A stretch of 64,000 bases of DNA, from NCBI GenBank assembly GCA_001687465.1, contig LVLI01000229.1, forward strand, positions 1-64,000. Direction: 5' to 3'. The notes beneath the pieces were generated by a model. It was not told where the DNA came from. It made no database searches and was given only the letters and a program-made list of their open reading frames with translations. The position numbers were made by a program, and so were the translations under genes. This document shows, in pieces, positions 38,706 through 50,336 of this stretch. This DNA comes from Halocafeteria seosinensis (Eukaryota). Position 1 is the stretch's first letter. Each line of letters begins with the position of its first letter.

Positions 38706-41306
38706 TCAGCCTTTTACTGTGCGCTTGGGTCTTTGAGCAGGCAGTACAATGACCCTGCCAGACTGATCGCCTCGTGTACCCGTAACCAAAGCGCTATTTG
38801 TTTCGGAAGGTGTCGTCGTGGAGCTTCGTGTTGGAGTCAAGCTCGGCGTTGGAATTGGTGTCCTTGTTTGGTTCTGCGACAACGATGGAGTCACACTCGC
38901 AGAGGGTGTAACGCTGCTTGAAGGAGTCTCCGACCTTGTCGTTGTCACTGATGGCGTCGAAATGGGTGAATGAGTAGGAGATGACGGTGGTAATTGAAAG
39001 CGGAGAATTGGAAGCACATTAACCTCGTCGTCGTCGCTTTCTCGTCTATCTAAAGCCCATACGTCATCCGACCACCCTCCCAGTTGATACAGCTGTCCCT
39101 GTATGTCCGTCAAATCATCTGAATTGTTTGTCTTAACGAGATTAGTTCCATCATACACTCCCACGATCGACGCTGCTCCTCCATTTCCATTGTATACGGA
39201 ATATTTTACTACGATAGTACCACTCGCTCCATTTAATATAGATCCTATAATACCCCCAGCATCCGTACCAGTGACTGCCCCTAATGCATATGTATTTGTA
39301 ATGTATACATCACCTGTGGCTTCGCCCGATTGCCCTCCTGTCCTGGATCCTGTAATACCTCCTGCGTGGGTGCCACTAATATCTCCTCGTGTATAACAAT
39401 CTATGATATGTACTTCACCCTCATCCTCTGCTGTATCATGGCCACTAATCCCTCCACTAAAATCTGCAGATATTTGTCCCATACTATAACATTCCTTGAT
39501 ATAAACAAATCCATTGGTATGACCAGCATGGAGACCCACAATACCACCACTGGATTGACCACTAGGAATGATATCTCCTGTGGAATAGGAACGAGTTATA
39601 TACACTTGACCATTCGTAAAACCTACAGCATTTCCACAAATACCGCCTGCATATTGTCCTTCAATAGTCCCAGTGGAATAACAATCCGTGATATTGACAA
39701 TCCCATGATTGGATCCTACATAGTATCCTGCAATACCACCTGCATATGTACCCAGTATCCTCCCTGTCGAATACGAATTCGATATCTTGATTTGACCATG
39801 ATTATGACCACTTTGGTAACCACATATACCACCACCATCTCCACCAGCAATATCTCCTGATGAGCTACATGAATCTATGATAAAGAATTTCTGCTCTTGT
39901 TGGACAATGAATCCACCTCGGAATGCAGTTGACCCATTCCTAATATCAAGATTCCGGATCAATGGAGCTTGATCAAATGATGTAACACCGTCCAGTATCG
40001 TGAACAATCCCTGGAAATCCGTTATTCCGTTCAGATCTATAATGTCCCCATTTTGCCGACCACCGTCAAACGTCTCATTCGCATCCAACGAAATATAATC
40101 TTGGTTCGTATAGCCATGATCATCCCAAACCAACACATTACAGTTCATTTCAAACTGGTGTTGAGCCGCATTATAGTGGAAGCAGGATTCAGTTCCATTT
40201 AGAATCGCAGGTCGTAAATCTGTTGCTACTGCCTCGTTCAAAAAAATGCAACCGAAAAACAATGACGCCAACATAACCGTTGTTAGTGACGAAATATTAA
40301 TCGTATTTCGCAGTCCGTAAGCCCGAGACGCTTTTCCATGCGCTAGGAGTTTCATTCTCATATCAGGGGATGGCCACGTCAGTCCCTTGATCAGATTTTT
40401 ATATCTCAGGCGAGAAGCCTTTCCCAATGGGTTGCTGGGAGCTGCCGAAAAATCTTCATCTCCGGGACTTGTCAACTTCCAGCTCAATGCTTGTAAAACC
40501 TGGACTGATGCGATCAGCAGACTGAATAAAACAAGAAGTGATTTCTCCCTTTCGACAGTCAAGGCGTGGAATCCAAGGTGTGTCATGTGATCACAAGAGC
40601 GAAATATCTGTCGGACACTACGGAGTGGATTCATATCGCTCGCTACAGTGCTGGCAGTTGTTAAAGCAGCACTTCCTCGTCCGCTCTTAACCAGCTTGTT
40701 CCAGAAATGAACATAGTCGATCGGTGGCCAATGGGAACACGGATAAAAGTCAACCTTCACTTCAAGACGTGCGATAGTCTCAGACGTGAGCAACCAATGA
40801 CCCATGAACTTCATGTCACTAGTACTCTCCCGCACGACGTTAATCGATGAAAGATGCTTTATTGCAACTGGATCTTTCGGGAGAGCCACACTTAGATACT
40901 GCAATTTTCTTCTCGTATCTCCAAGTAAGTAGTAGTCAAAAGATAACATCTTGTGTGCCTTTCTTCCTCGTGGCAACGAGCCAAACTGAACAGGCATCGG
41001 AAGACAACGGACATGTTTGCTACGAACCGAATAAGATGACGGCACGATACGAGCAGAGGAGGCAAAGCGAGACACCTTCTGACGAGATGCATACACCAGG
41101 ACAATATCACAATGAGAAGAGAATACTGGTACGCGATGCGCTACCGATACGCATTGCTCACCGGGGTTGGGTTTGGGTCCGTCCGCTTGCTTTGACTCAT
41201 TGTCAGATATCAAGCCAAGACAGACAGCAATGAAAGCAACCCCAGTCAACATCAGCGTCCATTGCAAGGTGAGCGAAGATGATATACGCTTTGTGGGTCG
41301 TGCCAT
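38706..41306 (-). CDS. GLUG-motif (Gly-rich beta-helix-like) repeat surface/secreted protein with Ser/Thr/Pro-rich tail
   Basis: About 6 repeats of I.xSYSTGxI.G..AGGIxG (39150-39880) and tail SPISTPSVTTTRSETPSSSVTPS. A signal-peptide-like MLASLFFGCIFLNEAVA at 40274 may be the real start. The upstream ~340 codons are open but unrecognised. Confidence 0.75.
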   Translation of the reverse strand: MARPTKRISSSLTLQWTLMLTGVAFIAVCLGLISDNESKQADGPKPNPGEQCVSVAHRVPVFSSHCDIVLVYASRQKVSRFASSARIVPSSYSVRSKHVRCLPMPVQFGSLPRGRKAHKMLSFDYYLLGDTRRKLQYLSVALPKDPVAIKHLSSINVVRESTSDMKFMGHWLLTSETIARLEVKVDFYPCSHWPPIDYVHFWNKLVKSGRGSAALTTASTVASDMNPLRSVRQIFRSCDHMTHLGFHALTVEREKSLLVLFSLLIASVQVLQALSWKLTSPGDEDFSAAPSNPLGKASRLRYKNLIKGLTWPSPDMRMKLLAHGKASRAYGLRNTINISSLTTVMLASLFFGCIFLNEAVATDLRPAILNGTESCFHYNAAQHQFEMNCNVLVWDDHGYTNQDYISLDANETFDGGRQNGDIIDLNGITDFQGLFTILDGVTSFDQAPLIRNLDIRNGSTAFRGGFIVQQEQKFFIIDSCSSSGDIAGGDGGGICGYQSGHNHGQIKISNSYSTGRILGTYAGGIAGYYVGSNHGIVNITDCYSTGTIEGQYAGGICGNAVGFTNGQVYITRSYSTGDIIPSGQSSGGIVGLHAGHTNGFVYIKECYSMGQISADFSGGISGHDTAEDEGEVHIIDCYTRGDISGTHAGGITGSRTGGQSGEATGDVYITNTYALGAVTGTDAGGIIGSILNGASGTIVVKYSVYNGNGGAASIVGVYDGTNLVKTNNSDDLTDIQGQLYQLGGWSDDVWALDRRESDDDEVNVLPILRFQLPPSSPTHSPISTPSVTTTRSETPSSSVTPSASVTPSLSQNQTRTPIPTPSLTPTRSSTTTPSETNSALVTGTRGDQSGRVIVLPAQRPKRTVKG

Positions 41307-41671
41307 GGGCCATCGGTCACACCTTCGTCGACGTCGTAGTACAAGTAGCTGTCCAACGCCTTGGTTTCCTGTGGCTTTGGGAGAAAACCCTTATTTAATT
41401 AACAAGCACCTGTTCTGGTTTCTGACTTGTCCGTCAATACTGTACTCTCTATATATACAACTTCTGTAGTTTCAGAAAACGCTGTGCAGCACACAAGCGG
41501 AAAACATCCCAACCACTGTCACCGGAAGCCCTGTTCAGAGTTTTGGCAGATTTCCCGACTTCGTTTTCTTAGGCCTTTGCTGCCGAAATGCCGGTTTTGT
41601 GCAGATCTTGGTGGTGAACACCACTACCCTTGACGGCCTTCACTCAAAGGTCGGAGGTAGAGTTTTACACA

Positions 41672-41774
41672 AATTGGCATACCGCTCCTCGTTAAGAGGA
41701 TGCGGTCAATTCCCCGGCTGGTGGGCTACATACTGTATGTATCTGTCACATTTGTGTGTGTGTGTAATTGGTAT
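41672..41774 (+). mobile_element. Short (TG)n-tailed retroposed insertion with ~9-bp target-site duplication
   Basis: Absent from repeat copy 1. Flanked by aattggcat/aattggtat. Core cggtcaattccccggctggtgggcta...tatctgtcacat then (tg)n. Confidence 0.6.
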
Positions 41775-43019
41775 TAACTTACATCCACCATCTTGGTTGC
41801 GGAACTTTGGGTTCTATTCATCATGGATTTTACTTGATCCACATACAGTAATACACAGCCTCAACTATCTGGTGCTCTTAAACTTTCGGCTGTCAGCCGA
41901 AAGGAGGGGTTCATTGAAGTACCGTTCTCCGAAACGTTGATGCACTACCATATGAAGAATTGAACAAGATCTCGAGGTCCATATTCATAGCCCATTCAAC
42001 GTTATGGATACACTACTGTGTGCTTGTGTTATGATGTTGTAAAGCAGTATCTGAAGACTCGCAAGTATACTCTACCGGTACGCGACGGAATAATTTAAGA
42101 CGACTACGGTAGATGCGGTCAATCAAGTTGCATCGCACTTGACTTCTAAGACACACCACAGGCTGTTGACAATTAGGGCACTACAGCTGCTTCTAATAAC
42201 TCAAATAACCAAACTATAGATATGCAGGACTAGCATTCCAGGAGAGTCGGCGCCGACCAGCAGCAACGTCTGTGAACTGAATCTAAGTCTATCATTACGA
42301 CTCGCTGCGGAATTCCTTCCCAGTGGTAGGCATTTTAATAAAAGAAGCATTCGGCATGAAACTCCCTCTCGGTCGAACGCACGTGTGTTCTTCCGAGTTA
42401 CAACGTCCTACTGGCGGTCATAGCTACGCCTGCCGATCAGATTGTGACTTGAGTCCCGTGCAACGGATTTTTCCACGGACGCCGACGAAGATTCCTCTGT
42501 TTGATATAACACGCCCCTAGTACGTGAGGCAGTGGCCAAGTAGTGGCTGCCGCTCAAACTTTCTGGAAGTATCGGTGTCATTGTATCTTCGTTGCTCTTT
42601 ACAAATACCCCCCCTCCTGTTGTATACAGTGTAGTGTATCAGAACGCTTTGTCCATACCCTCTCTGGTAAGACCCAATTCCCAGTACTGTACCTCCGCTG
42701 TCTTTGAGAAAGGACCGGGATTTCGCAAATCGAATGGCTTCAACATACTCTGATACGGCGTCCACAACTTGTATTAATTCCGCTTGCAGCTCATTGCGGT
42801 TTACGGGTTCCTCACTTAATCCAGTTTGCCCGATGATAGCACTCCGATGATACCTGGGCCTCGCCGTACAATATTCTCTTCAACCTTACTTTACATTTTT
42901 AGTAAGATTGCTGATATCGGTAGTAGCGATTGCTCCGTAGTTACCGTACATCGCTTGGGGAAAGCGTAGAATAGACGTCGTCCTTGATACCTCAAACGAC
43001 GGCGGTTTGGTCAGCGCCA

Positions 43020-43077
43020 GTCCCGGTCAACTCCCCGGCCGGTGGGCTATCTGTCACATACCGTGTGTGTGTCCCGG
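43020..43077 (+). mobile_element. Second, shorter copy of the same (TG)n-tailed insertion with 7-bp target-site duplication
   Basis: gtcccgg at 43020-43026 and 43071-43077 flanks tcaactccccggccggtgggctatctgtcacataccgtgtgtgt. The empty site gccagtcccggttgttgtg is seen in repeat copy 1 (~998-1017). Confidence 0.65.
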
Positions 43078-44040
43078 CTGTTGTGGCTTCCTCAGAGTCT
43101 GGGCTTTCGCTACCTCTGGGACGCTTTCACTGGAACATTCTACAGAAGTCATCAGCTAAATAGACAAAATATTTCCCAAATACCTGCTTCAAGGGTGCGT
43201 CTACTGTACGTGGTGTGTTTGTCTCGTTTACCTTGCTTCTCTACCGGATCATCTTCATGGCTTCCAGGTTTGCCTACTGTAGTTGACGCCGCTCATCTTT
43301 CTTTTTCTCTTCTTTTTCCTGTTTACTACTGAGCAAATTAATAAATCCGATCGAGTACGTCACTTTCCCGGATCTACTGTACATGTCTTCCGTCAAGTGT
43401 ATCAATTTTATTACCTCGTACCTCCAGTTTTACCAACAGCCAAATATTTTGCCCCTTGGGATCCAAGTCGATTCCGGGATTCATTGGGGATTCCCTGATT
43501 CCTGCTCACAGGGTATTATTACCTTTGAACAATCAGCAGAGAAACATACCGTATCCACGAGTCCTCCGAGCCCTCCACAACGGTGAAGTAGTAGCTCCAT
43601 GTCTCATCATATCTACTCGCTCCTTAAAGAGACAAATTTGACTGGCCAGGTCACCAGTACCGGTTCCACCTGGCAGTGCGGTCTGCAGAACAAAGTTTGT
43701 ACAAGACCTTGTTTGCAGAACGAGAACTGAAGAAAAGAGTGCCCATGGAACGCCACTCCTATACTTGCTGTATGCTGTAACATACGTGTTTTACTACGTG
43801 ACATGTCATGTGTGGGTGCCCAGCCTTCAACCCGCTTACCACCAGGTGGTAAGGTGAGTAGTACGGTCAAACCTGTTTGTATTGTCCGTGTGTGTTTCCC
43901 ATGTTGAAGTTGCTAAAGGCTATAGTCTTTATTACCTGTGGAATCCATGGGAGACTTGTTGCGTCTGTCTGTCTGCCCAATGAGTGAGTGAGTGAGTGAC
44001 GTACGTAAAAACGTAAGGTACTCGTCCTTTGATTCTTGGC

Positions 44041-47000
44041 ATGGCATGGACATCGCATTCATCCTCTTTGATGGAGGCACATAATAGTGATTATGATGCC
44101 TCCCATCAAAGTCATTTACCCCATGAACACGACTGGATAGCCCTGGCGGCCTACGCTGCGCTCGTGGTGATTGCCTTTTTGGGGCTTTTCGTGCATGCAC
44201 GATGGAGTATACAGTCTCGACGGGACCACTACGGGCCCTCTCTAAGCTCCAGAATCCATTTCGGCGTGGAAGATGGTGCTCATTACACGTCAGATGCCGC
44301 TGAATCGGGTCCTACGCCTGCTGTAGCTGTGGGTTTAACAGGAGGAAGATGTCGACGCAAGTGCTTGAGTTGGTTCCGCTACCTCCCTCTTCGACAGCGG
44401 TGTTTTCTCTGTGGAAACACGCCATTGGGCTTCCATGTGGCTTTGATGGCCTTTGCTGTGACGCGATTCACGTCCCAAGTGCTCATTTACCTCGATAAAT
44501 GCCAGAAAGACCCGCGCATTGGGTATTTGGAAGTCTTGTCCTTGTCCTTCAATCTCATGTGGCTGTCGCTGCTAGTGGTTTATTGGACCACGATCCAGCT
44601 ACAACGGAAAAACCGGTGCTATCTACTGAGTTGGTTTGCATTCTGGTGCTGTAATGCTCTCATTATGGTTGGACTTTTGGTCCTGTGCCATTACACTATC
44701 GGGCATAAACCCGACGGGGTGGGCCAGTTCCTGGCCGCACGGGAATCGGAAAACATTGGGGAGATCTGTGTGGCCGTAATTGCCACGGTCTTCTTTTGCG
44801 TCACCTGGGGACTATGGAGGAAGGCCTCCGAAGAAACCAAGTACGATATGAAAGTGATATTGATCATTAATTTTGTCACGTGCATCATCTTCCTCTCTCG
44901 AGCGTTGATAATCATCGTTGACATGTCCCTGCGACACAAGTGGTATTTCGTTTCCATAATTTATTGGGTCCCTGATATCACAACGGCCAGTTGTTATACT
45001 GTGCTCATGTGGCAACGCTACTTATTGCACGAAGAAATTCTCGCCGAAGGAATCGGGAATTACTTTGATGCGATGATGGTTGCGTGGGTGAAGGGGAATT
45101 TGTTCCAGTATGATCGGTCAATGTCTAACAGTTTATCATGTATTGTCAATGAGCATCTGGATGGAAATCCCATGGATGTGCCTTTACTCTCCGGTCAGTC
45201 CCAAACTCATCCTGGGCATTCAGCGCGGAATCCGAAACTGGAGGGACTTGTTAAACAGTATTGGGATGGCTTGGACAGGAGGAAAAATGACATGTCGTTG
45301 CGTGTGCACTTTTGCCTACAAATGCTGACTGCAGTTACCTCAAATAGCTCTGGACGGCATAAGCATCGTCTACCTGTTCTTGAACGGCTTCACAACAAGC
45401 TTGATGAAGTCATCCGCTCCGGTCCTGAGGAGGGTTCTTCCGAAGCAACGTCCGAGGATGAATCCATAAGTGTGGAAATGTCGCAATGCCACCAGAGTCC
45501 CTATATCGAATCCTCCGATGACTCACTGAGGGAGAGGCTAGTGAAGATTCCGTGTTACCCTACTTCATCGTGCTGTTTTCTTGGTCTACGAGCAACCTCT
45601 CTAAATGTCTCTGGCGTCGCCAAAAGTGTGGCCAAATCGACAGAAGGCACCCCGCCGTCGGAAATTGTCGGCCCTTCTATTCGGGCGCGGAATACACGGT
45701 CATCTGGCACTGACGCGATGTATGATAAGGAGCTTGCGTCACATTCCATTGCACACTTTTCGCGATCCACGGAGCTGACGAATGAGGAGAAAGGAAAGAT
45801 CAAAAAGCAGTTTGAAGCAGAATGGTGTACCAAAGAGTTGCCTTGCCGGGCGTTTTTCATGGTATTAAACCCATCCTTTCTTTCGTGGGTTGTTCGAGTT
45901 AAAGACACTTACGAAGGATTTTCGATGTCGTCTCAATCAATTTTAGATGTTGACGAAAGCCATGCAAAGCACTTGGTACAGGTTGCATCGTTTTGTCATT
46001 TACACAATCTTATAAGAGACGAGTACCATGGGAACTTGGATCTTGGCCAGCTGACGGTACGGCCTGCCTCTGTCCCTTATTCTAGAATGCTTACGAACAC
46101 AGGATTGTATATCTTGAATCATGATCTCCCCCCTGAGCTGTTCGTCATTGCTGGTGAGACGGAGAAAGTGAGAGAGCAACCCTACATTGAGGTTGAACAG
46201 ACGCAAAGCGTAGATGCAAAAAGCCTTCGTTACAAAGTAACGGCAGCCGTCGATGTTTCGTTCCATAAGTGTGTTTCAATCCCAGCTCTCCCTATTGTTC
46301 AGTTGAGGAAACTAGCTTCTCTCGCTGGAGTCAAGTCCAGTGTTCCTCTAGGACACTGGTGTATCAGTCTGTACGAGAAACGTCGATCCTTGCACAGGTA
46401 CCCAACGCCTCCCGAACAGCGTCCCGCTCGTAGTGTTTCTACCAAAGGAGAAAAGCGAGGAAGCATACTGTCCAGATTAAGATCGGCATCTTCGGGAGCG
46501 GCAACGAGAAGTAACGTAGCGACAGTTGCCCGGGAAAACCCTCCAGTATGGGAAAACGCGACTGAGAAATTGAACAGCTTTACCCTACTTTTTGATTGGA
46601 TTGCCTCCGTGCCTACCTTCTCGATCGACTTTGAGGAAGCTCTCAACAGCATCTTTCTATCGTGTATGCATCGATCCAATGCGGAATTCAAAGCGCGTTT
46701 CTTTCATGGATGCTTCACCATACCGATTACGGATGATATCTTGACCATAGAAAGGTGTACTGGAAACTGCGATGTTACCAATGGATACATTTCCGGTCTG
46801 CGGAAGGAACCACGTGATGGAAGCTACAGCTTCGGCACCATGGAGTTTGGCCGCTATATGGTGACAGCTTTCACTAGCCCTATTTCTTTCCATTTGGGAC
46901 CAAGGACAATGACAATGGGATACAGCTTCGACGCGAGTGTCTTTAGTGGTTCCGGTGGTCTTTATAACTTAGTCGAGTATGTTACCGAGTCGAATGCTGC

Positions 47001-49056
47001 GGCTGTAGTACCACGTAATATACTTCCTTGGATACTGGCGCGAAGAATGGAATCAGCATTGAACTTGGCGAATGCAGGAGCTGATTTCGTTTCCCGAACT
47101 CTAAATGAGGCCGAAAAGCAAATGTCGAGCAGAACTCACGAACTCTCGATGTTTGGCCGAGTGATTAGCTATCTACAGTACTACGAAGAGATCTATCAAG
47201 ACATAAAATGTTTAGGGGAACTGCAGGGGCTCTTCATCGACAGAGCACATTGGCTTCACCAGTACTGGTCGAATTCGTTTTTACAGTCACGAGACAGAGC
47301 CGAGTCGCAGAACGTCTTTAGCTGGCAGGATTTGCATAGGCTGCGCCGTGAGGAAGCTACGGTCGAAGAGGCTGTCGCGTCTCGTTCAGCTCTTACGTTC
47401 AAGCCGAGCACAGTCAAAGCAAAGTTTAACTTCCGGTATATGGCAACAAACCTGCACGTACACAGGGTATTGGCTTTCCGTGCAGATGCGGGAATGCACC
47501 CGCCCTCAGTCTCTTCCGCAATTGTAACTGTGGGCGCACCTGCAATTCAGTATGACGAACTTCCAGGGTATAGCCTGCTGCGACGCATTCGAAGTTACAA
47601 ACAGGCACAAAAAGACCTTCGCGATCATCAGGATTACAAGTTGCCGCGGCTGAGAACCAGAAAAAGAAGACAGTTAGAGAAGGAGCACCAAAATACTCTC
47701 TTTCATGCGGACTCTGTGGTTTCCCAGGCCCTGTCTGGTGCTCTATCTGCGGTAGTTGCGTCTTTGGACAGCGTCCTTGACTCCCTGAGTAGAGCATTCC
47801 GCTCCGGCGTACGCGATGAGAGTGCCTGTCAGAAAATAGCCCAGTGGTTCGATTGTGGCTTTCCGCTTTTCTGGGAATCGCTTTTATCGAGCTTCCGCGA
47901 AGAAAGGGATATGTTGGAGGATATGGATGTTGGCCTCCAGTCCTTGGCATTTTTTGGGTTTGAGCTGCTCCTTTCTGATGAAACCAGGTACGAAGCAGAT
48001 GACGATGCAGGCGTATATCGCCCCAAGGCAGCGGTCAGCTGGGAAGGGATTGAGTTTCACCGCTGTAAAGTCCAAGAAGACTATCCCTTGGGAGTGTTTC
48101 GAATCCCTATACGGGATCCGTTGGGTGTATTTAAGGAAGACGGTATACTTCGAGAATACGTTCAGGAACGCAAGGATACTGATATTCCTGATAAGGTGGC
48201 TACATTGATCCCCGTTCTGTTCGGTTACGGACTAAACGAATGGCAGCCTCTCGGGGAAATTGTGAATCCTGAGCTCTACCACAGCATCAACGGCAGGAGC
48301 TTGGAGATCGTCCGCCATTACTCAAAGGTCGTCCAGTGTAGGTGGCACAGCCCAGACGAGTTTTGGAATATGCGAAATAAGCTTTATACTCTCTTGCGCG
48401 CAAATTGTGCGGATGCTTTCGAGGTACTGGATTGGCTGGTTGACCCTGATCTTCCGACGATAAAGACACCAGGGCCTCCGTTTTCCGAGCTTCCGAGCCA
48501 ACACGAGCCAAACATAGATAGAGTGCTTCGACTGGCCAATAGGGTCGAAGAAATCACCAGGGAGCACAGGGAAAGAGTAAGGAGAAATCGCTCCAAGGTC
48601 AATGTCGAGGAAGCTGCTAAACTCAATGAGACAGGGGCCACTCCTGATACCCTCTTAATGGATACAGACAGTAGATTCGCGGAATTGCTTCTGGAAATCT
48701 TCGAATGCGTTGCCAGAGAGTTAGATGGTGGGAGGTTGACCTCCTGCAAATCAGCCAAGGACAGGACGGGCATGGCGGTGACGTTGGAACATGCCAGAAA
48801 TGTGCTGGGTGCACTATTTGGCGACGATATTCCTGAGTATCTTCAGAAGAATGCTCAAGTGGAGCTTGCAAATCACTTGCGGGAATACGGATCGCGGATT
48901 CACATTGCATACAAAAATACCCGTATGAAGTCAGCGAGCGAAACATGTGAAGGTCAAACCCAGTTCGCCATTAACAGTGTGCAAAACCGATGGTTCCCGA
49001 GCTCCTATCAGTGCCCCCGCTCTGTCCTACATTCGTCCGGCAAAGCGATTACATGA
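44041..49056 (+). CDS. INPP4: 7TM (GPCR-like) domain fused to inositol polyphosphate 4-phosphatase (GPCR-INPP type)
   Basis: Seven hydrophobic segments in the first ~330 aa. INPP4-like FKPSTVK...YMATNLHVH, IVTVGAPA, WESLLSSFREERDMLEDM, PVLFGYGLNEWQ and the signature CX5R motif LTSCKSAKDRTGMAVTLE (~48745). Confidence 0.9.
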   Translation: MAWTSHSSSLMEAHNSDYDASHQSHLPHEHDWIALAAYAALVVIAFLGLFVHARWSIQSRRDHYGPSLSSRIHFGVEDGAHYTSDAAESGPTPAVAVGLTGGRCRRKCLSWFRYLPLRQRCFLCGNTPLGFHVALMAFAVTRFTSQVLIYLDKCQKDPRIGYLEVLSLSFNLMWLSLLVVYWTTIQLQRKNRCYLLSWFAFWCCNALIMVGLLVLCHYTIGHKPDGVGQFLAARESENIGEICVAVIATVFFCVTWGLWRKASEETKYDMKVILIINFVTCIIFLSRALIIIVDMSLRHKWYFVSIIYWVPDITTASCYTVLMWQRYLLHEEILAEGIGNYFDAMMVAWVKGNLFQYDRSMSNSLSCIVNEHLDGNPMDVPLLSGQSQTHPGHSARNPKLEGLVKQYWDGLDRRKNDMSLRVHFCLQMLTAVTSNSSGRHKHRLPVLERLHNKLDEVIRSGPEEGSSEATSEDESISVEMSQCHQSPYIESSDDSLRERLVKIPCYPTSSCCFLGLRATSLNVSGVAKSVAKSTEGTPPSEIVGPSIRARNTRSSGTDAMYDKELASHSIAHFSRSTELTNEEKGKIKKQFEAEWCTKELPCRAFFMVLNPSFLSWVVRVKDTYEGFSMSSQSILDVDESHAKHLVQVASFCHLHNLIRDEYHGNLDLGQLTVRPASVPYSRMLTNTGLYILNHDLPPELFVIAGETEKVREQPYIEVEQTQSVDAKSLRYKVTAAVDVSFHKCVSIPALPIVQLRKLASLAGVKSSVPLGHWCISLYEKRRSLHRYPTPPEQRPARSVSTKGEKRGSILSRLRSASSGAATRSNVATVARENPPVWENATEKLNSFTLLFDWIASVPTFSIDFEEALNSIFLSCMHRSNAEFKARFFHGCFTIPITDDILTIERCTGNCDVTNGYISGLRKEPRDGSYSFGTMEFGRYMVTAFTSPISFHLGPRTMTMGYSFDASVFSGSGGLYNLVEYVTESNAAAVVPRNILPWILARRMESALNLANAGADFVSRTLNEAEKQMSSRTHELSMFGRVISYLQYYEEIYQDIKCLGELQGLFIDRAHWLHQYWSNSFLQSRDRAESQNVFSWQDLHRLRREEATVEEAVASRSALTFKPSTVKAKFNFRYMATNLHVHRVLAFRADAGMHPPSVSSAIVTVGAPAIQYDELPGYSLLRRIRSYKQAQKDLRDHQDYKLPRLRTRKRRQLEKEHQNTLFHADSVVSQALSGALSAVVASLDSVLDSLSRAFRSGVRDESACQKIAQWFDCGFPLFWESLLSSFREERDMLEDMDVGLQSLAFFGFELLLSDETRYEADDDAGVYRPKAAVSWEGIEFHRCKVQEDYPLGVFRIPIRDPLGVFKEDGILREYVQERKDTDIPDKVATLIPVLFGYGLNEWQPLGEIVNPELYHSINGRSLEIVRHYSKVVQCRWHSPDEFWNMRNKLYTLLRANCADAFEVLDWLVDPDLPTIKTPGPPFSELPSQHEPNIDRVLRLANRVEEITREHRERVRRNRSKVNVEEAAKLNETGATPDTLLMDTDSRFAELLLEIFECVARELDGGRLTSCKSAKDRTGMAVTLEHARNVLGALFGDDIPEYLQKNAQVELANHLREYGSRIHIAYKNTRMKSASETCEGQTQFAINSVQNRWFPSSYQCPRSVLHSSGKAIT

Positions 49057-50336
49057 AGATGGGATCTTTCGGATGGAAACCGTCGTTAGGGCACTGGCTC
49101 TAAGAAGCGCTGACAGTGGACCATACATCCCATTACTTGGAAGAATAAATTGCGTCAAAAGTGCTCTGAGAAAATCCCAGTGCAAGCATTGACGTCTATG
49201 CTTCATGAAGGGCAACACAAAGCGCACTTGACTCCATTGAGTCAACACTGTACGGTAGTCCAAAGGGTATACATCCCATATGGTGTACCATGTACAAGGC
49301 CTAATGTCACATTTGGGGTTCCCAACTCCTCCATATTTGTATTTAGTGCATAATGCTCGAATCTGCGCTACATCCCAGGTAAATTAAACGTACAGTGTCG
49401 GCTCTCCAACGTGATCAGCTGGGGTGCAGAGGCAGGCGGGGAATATTCAATCCCTTCGAAAATAAACGTGATACGCTACCTATCAGACCGTAGACTAAAT
49501 TCAGACTGGTGCTCGCTTGCTAGTTACCAAGCACGTATCGCACTAGGTGGCACTCATTGGTTGTGTTATGAGAGGATGTTTTGGAGGAACACTGGCTACC
49601 TCCGCGGCAGTGGTTACGCGACCTCGTATTTCTACCGAAACCAGAACAGTGTTGGCCTACAGGCGAAACAATAGCTCATTAGGTAAATGTGTTGGCAAAC
49701 GCACTTGCAAGAATCACATGAGCCTCCAATGGATGAACGCGCCCCCGTGACGCTATAGCTTCTCGGTCGACACATGGTCAAAATGGCAGGGCAGCATTTG
49801 CTCCCCTATGTATGGCTGACGTAGCGGTAAGTTTTCCGGCAACGAACAGATGCATACTTCTGAACTACAAAAAGGGGTGTAAGGGGTACCAGTAAGGGGG
49901 GCGAAACCAGAGAACTCCGATGTGCTCCTCGTTTGTCCAATTGAGTCTACTCTGTCTGTTTTCCCCTCGTCTCACACGAGTCAAGTTTTGTGTGAGCTTT
50001 ATAGAGATCTCTAAAAGCTTGCTACAACGAACAGAGTATGGCATTTTATTGTTGAGGGGCTTCCCCTGTGGAAGCGTTCATGCGGAGATTCGGGGCCCAT
50101 GGAGAAGAAGTGGGCATCCGCAGCAGAGAACAAGCGTTCGGTGCCCCTTCCTGTGGGGACCCCCGAGCTGAGAATACTCGGTGTTCTCAGGAATTGAGGG
50201 ATTTCTGTGTTCGGTTATCACAGCAAGCATTCCATGACCAATGCAGGTCGTCCCGTGATTGGAGGCTGCGGCCAAATTCACCGTGGCTGGTTGGTTGAGG
50301 CTAAGATTCCTTGTCATCTTGCAACTTGCTCGATGC

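Larger units (their letters stand above)
41597..43560. repeat. Dispersed degenerate repeat, copy 2 (same orientation as 1-1240) with internal insertions
   Basis: Colinear matches to 1-1240 from gtgcaga...aacaccactac to ttgaacaatcagcaga. Extra segments at ~41681-41774, ~42323-42625, 43027-43077 and ~43140-43400. Confidence 0.85.
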
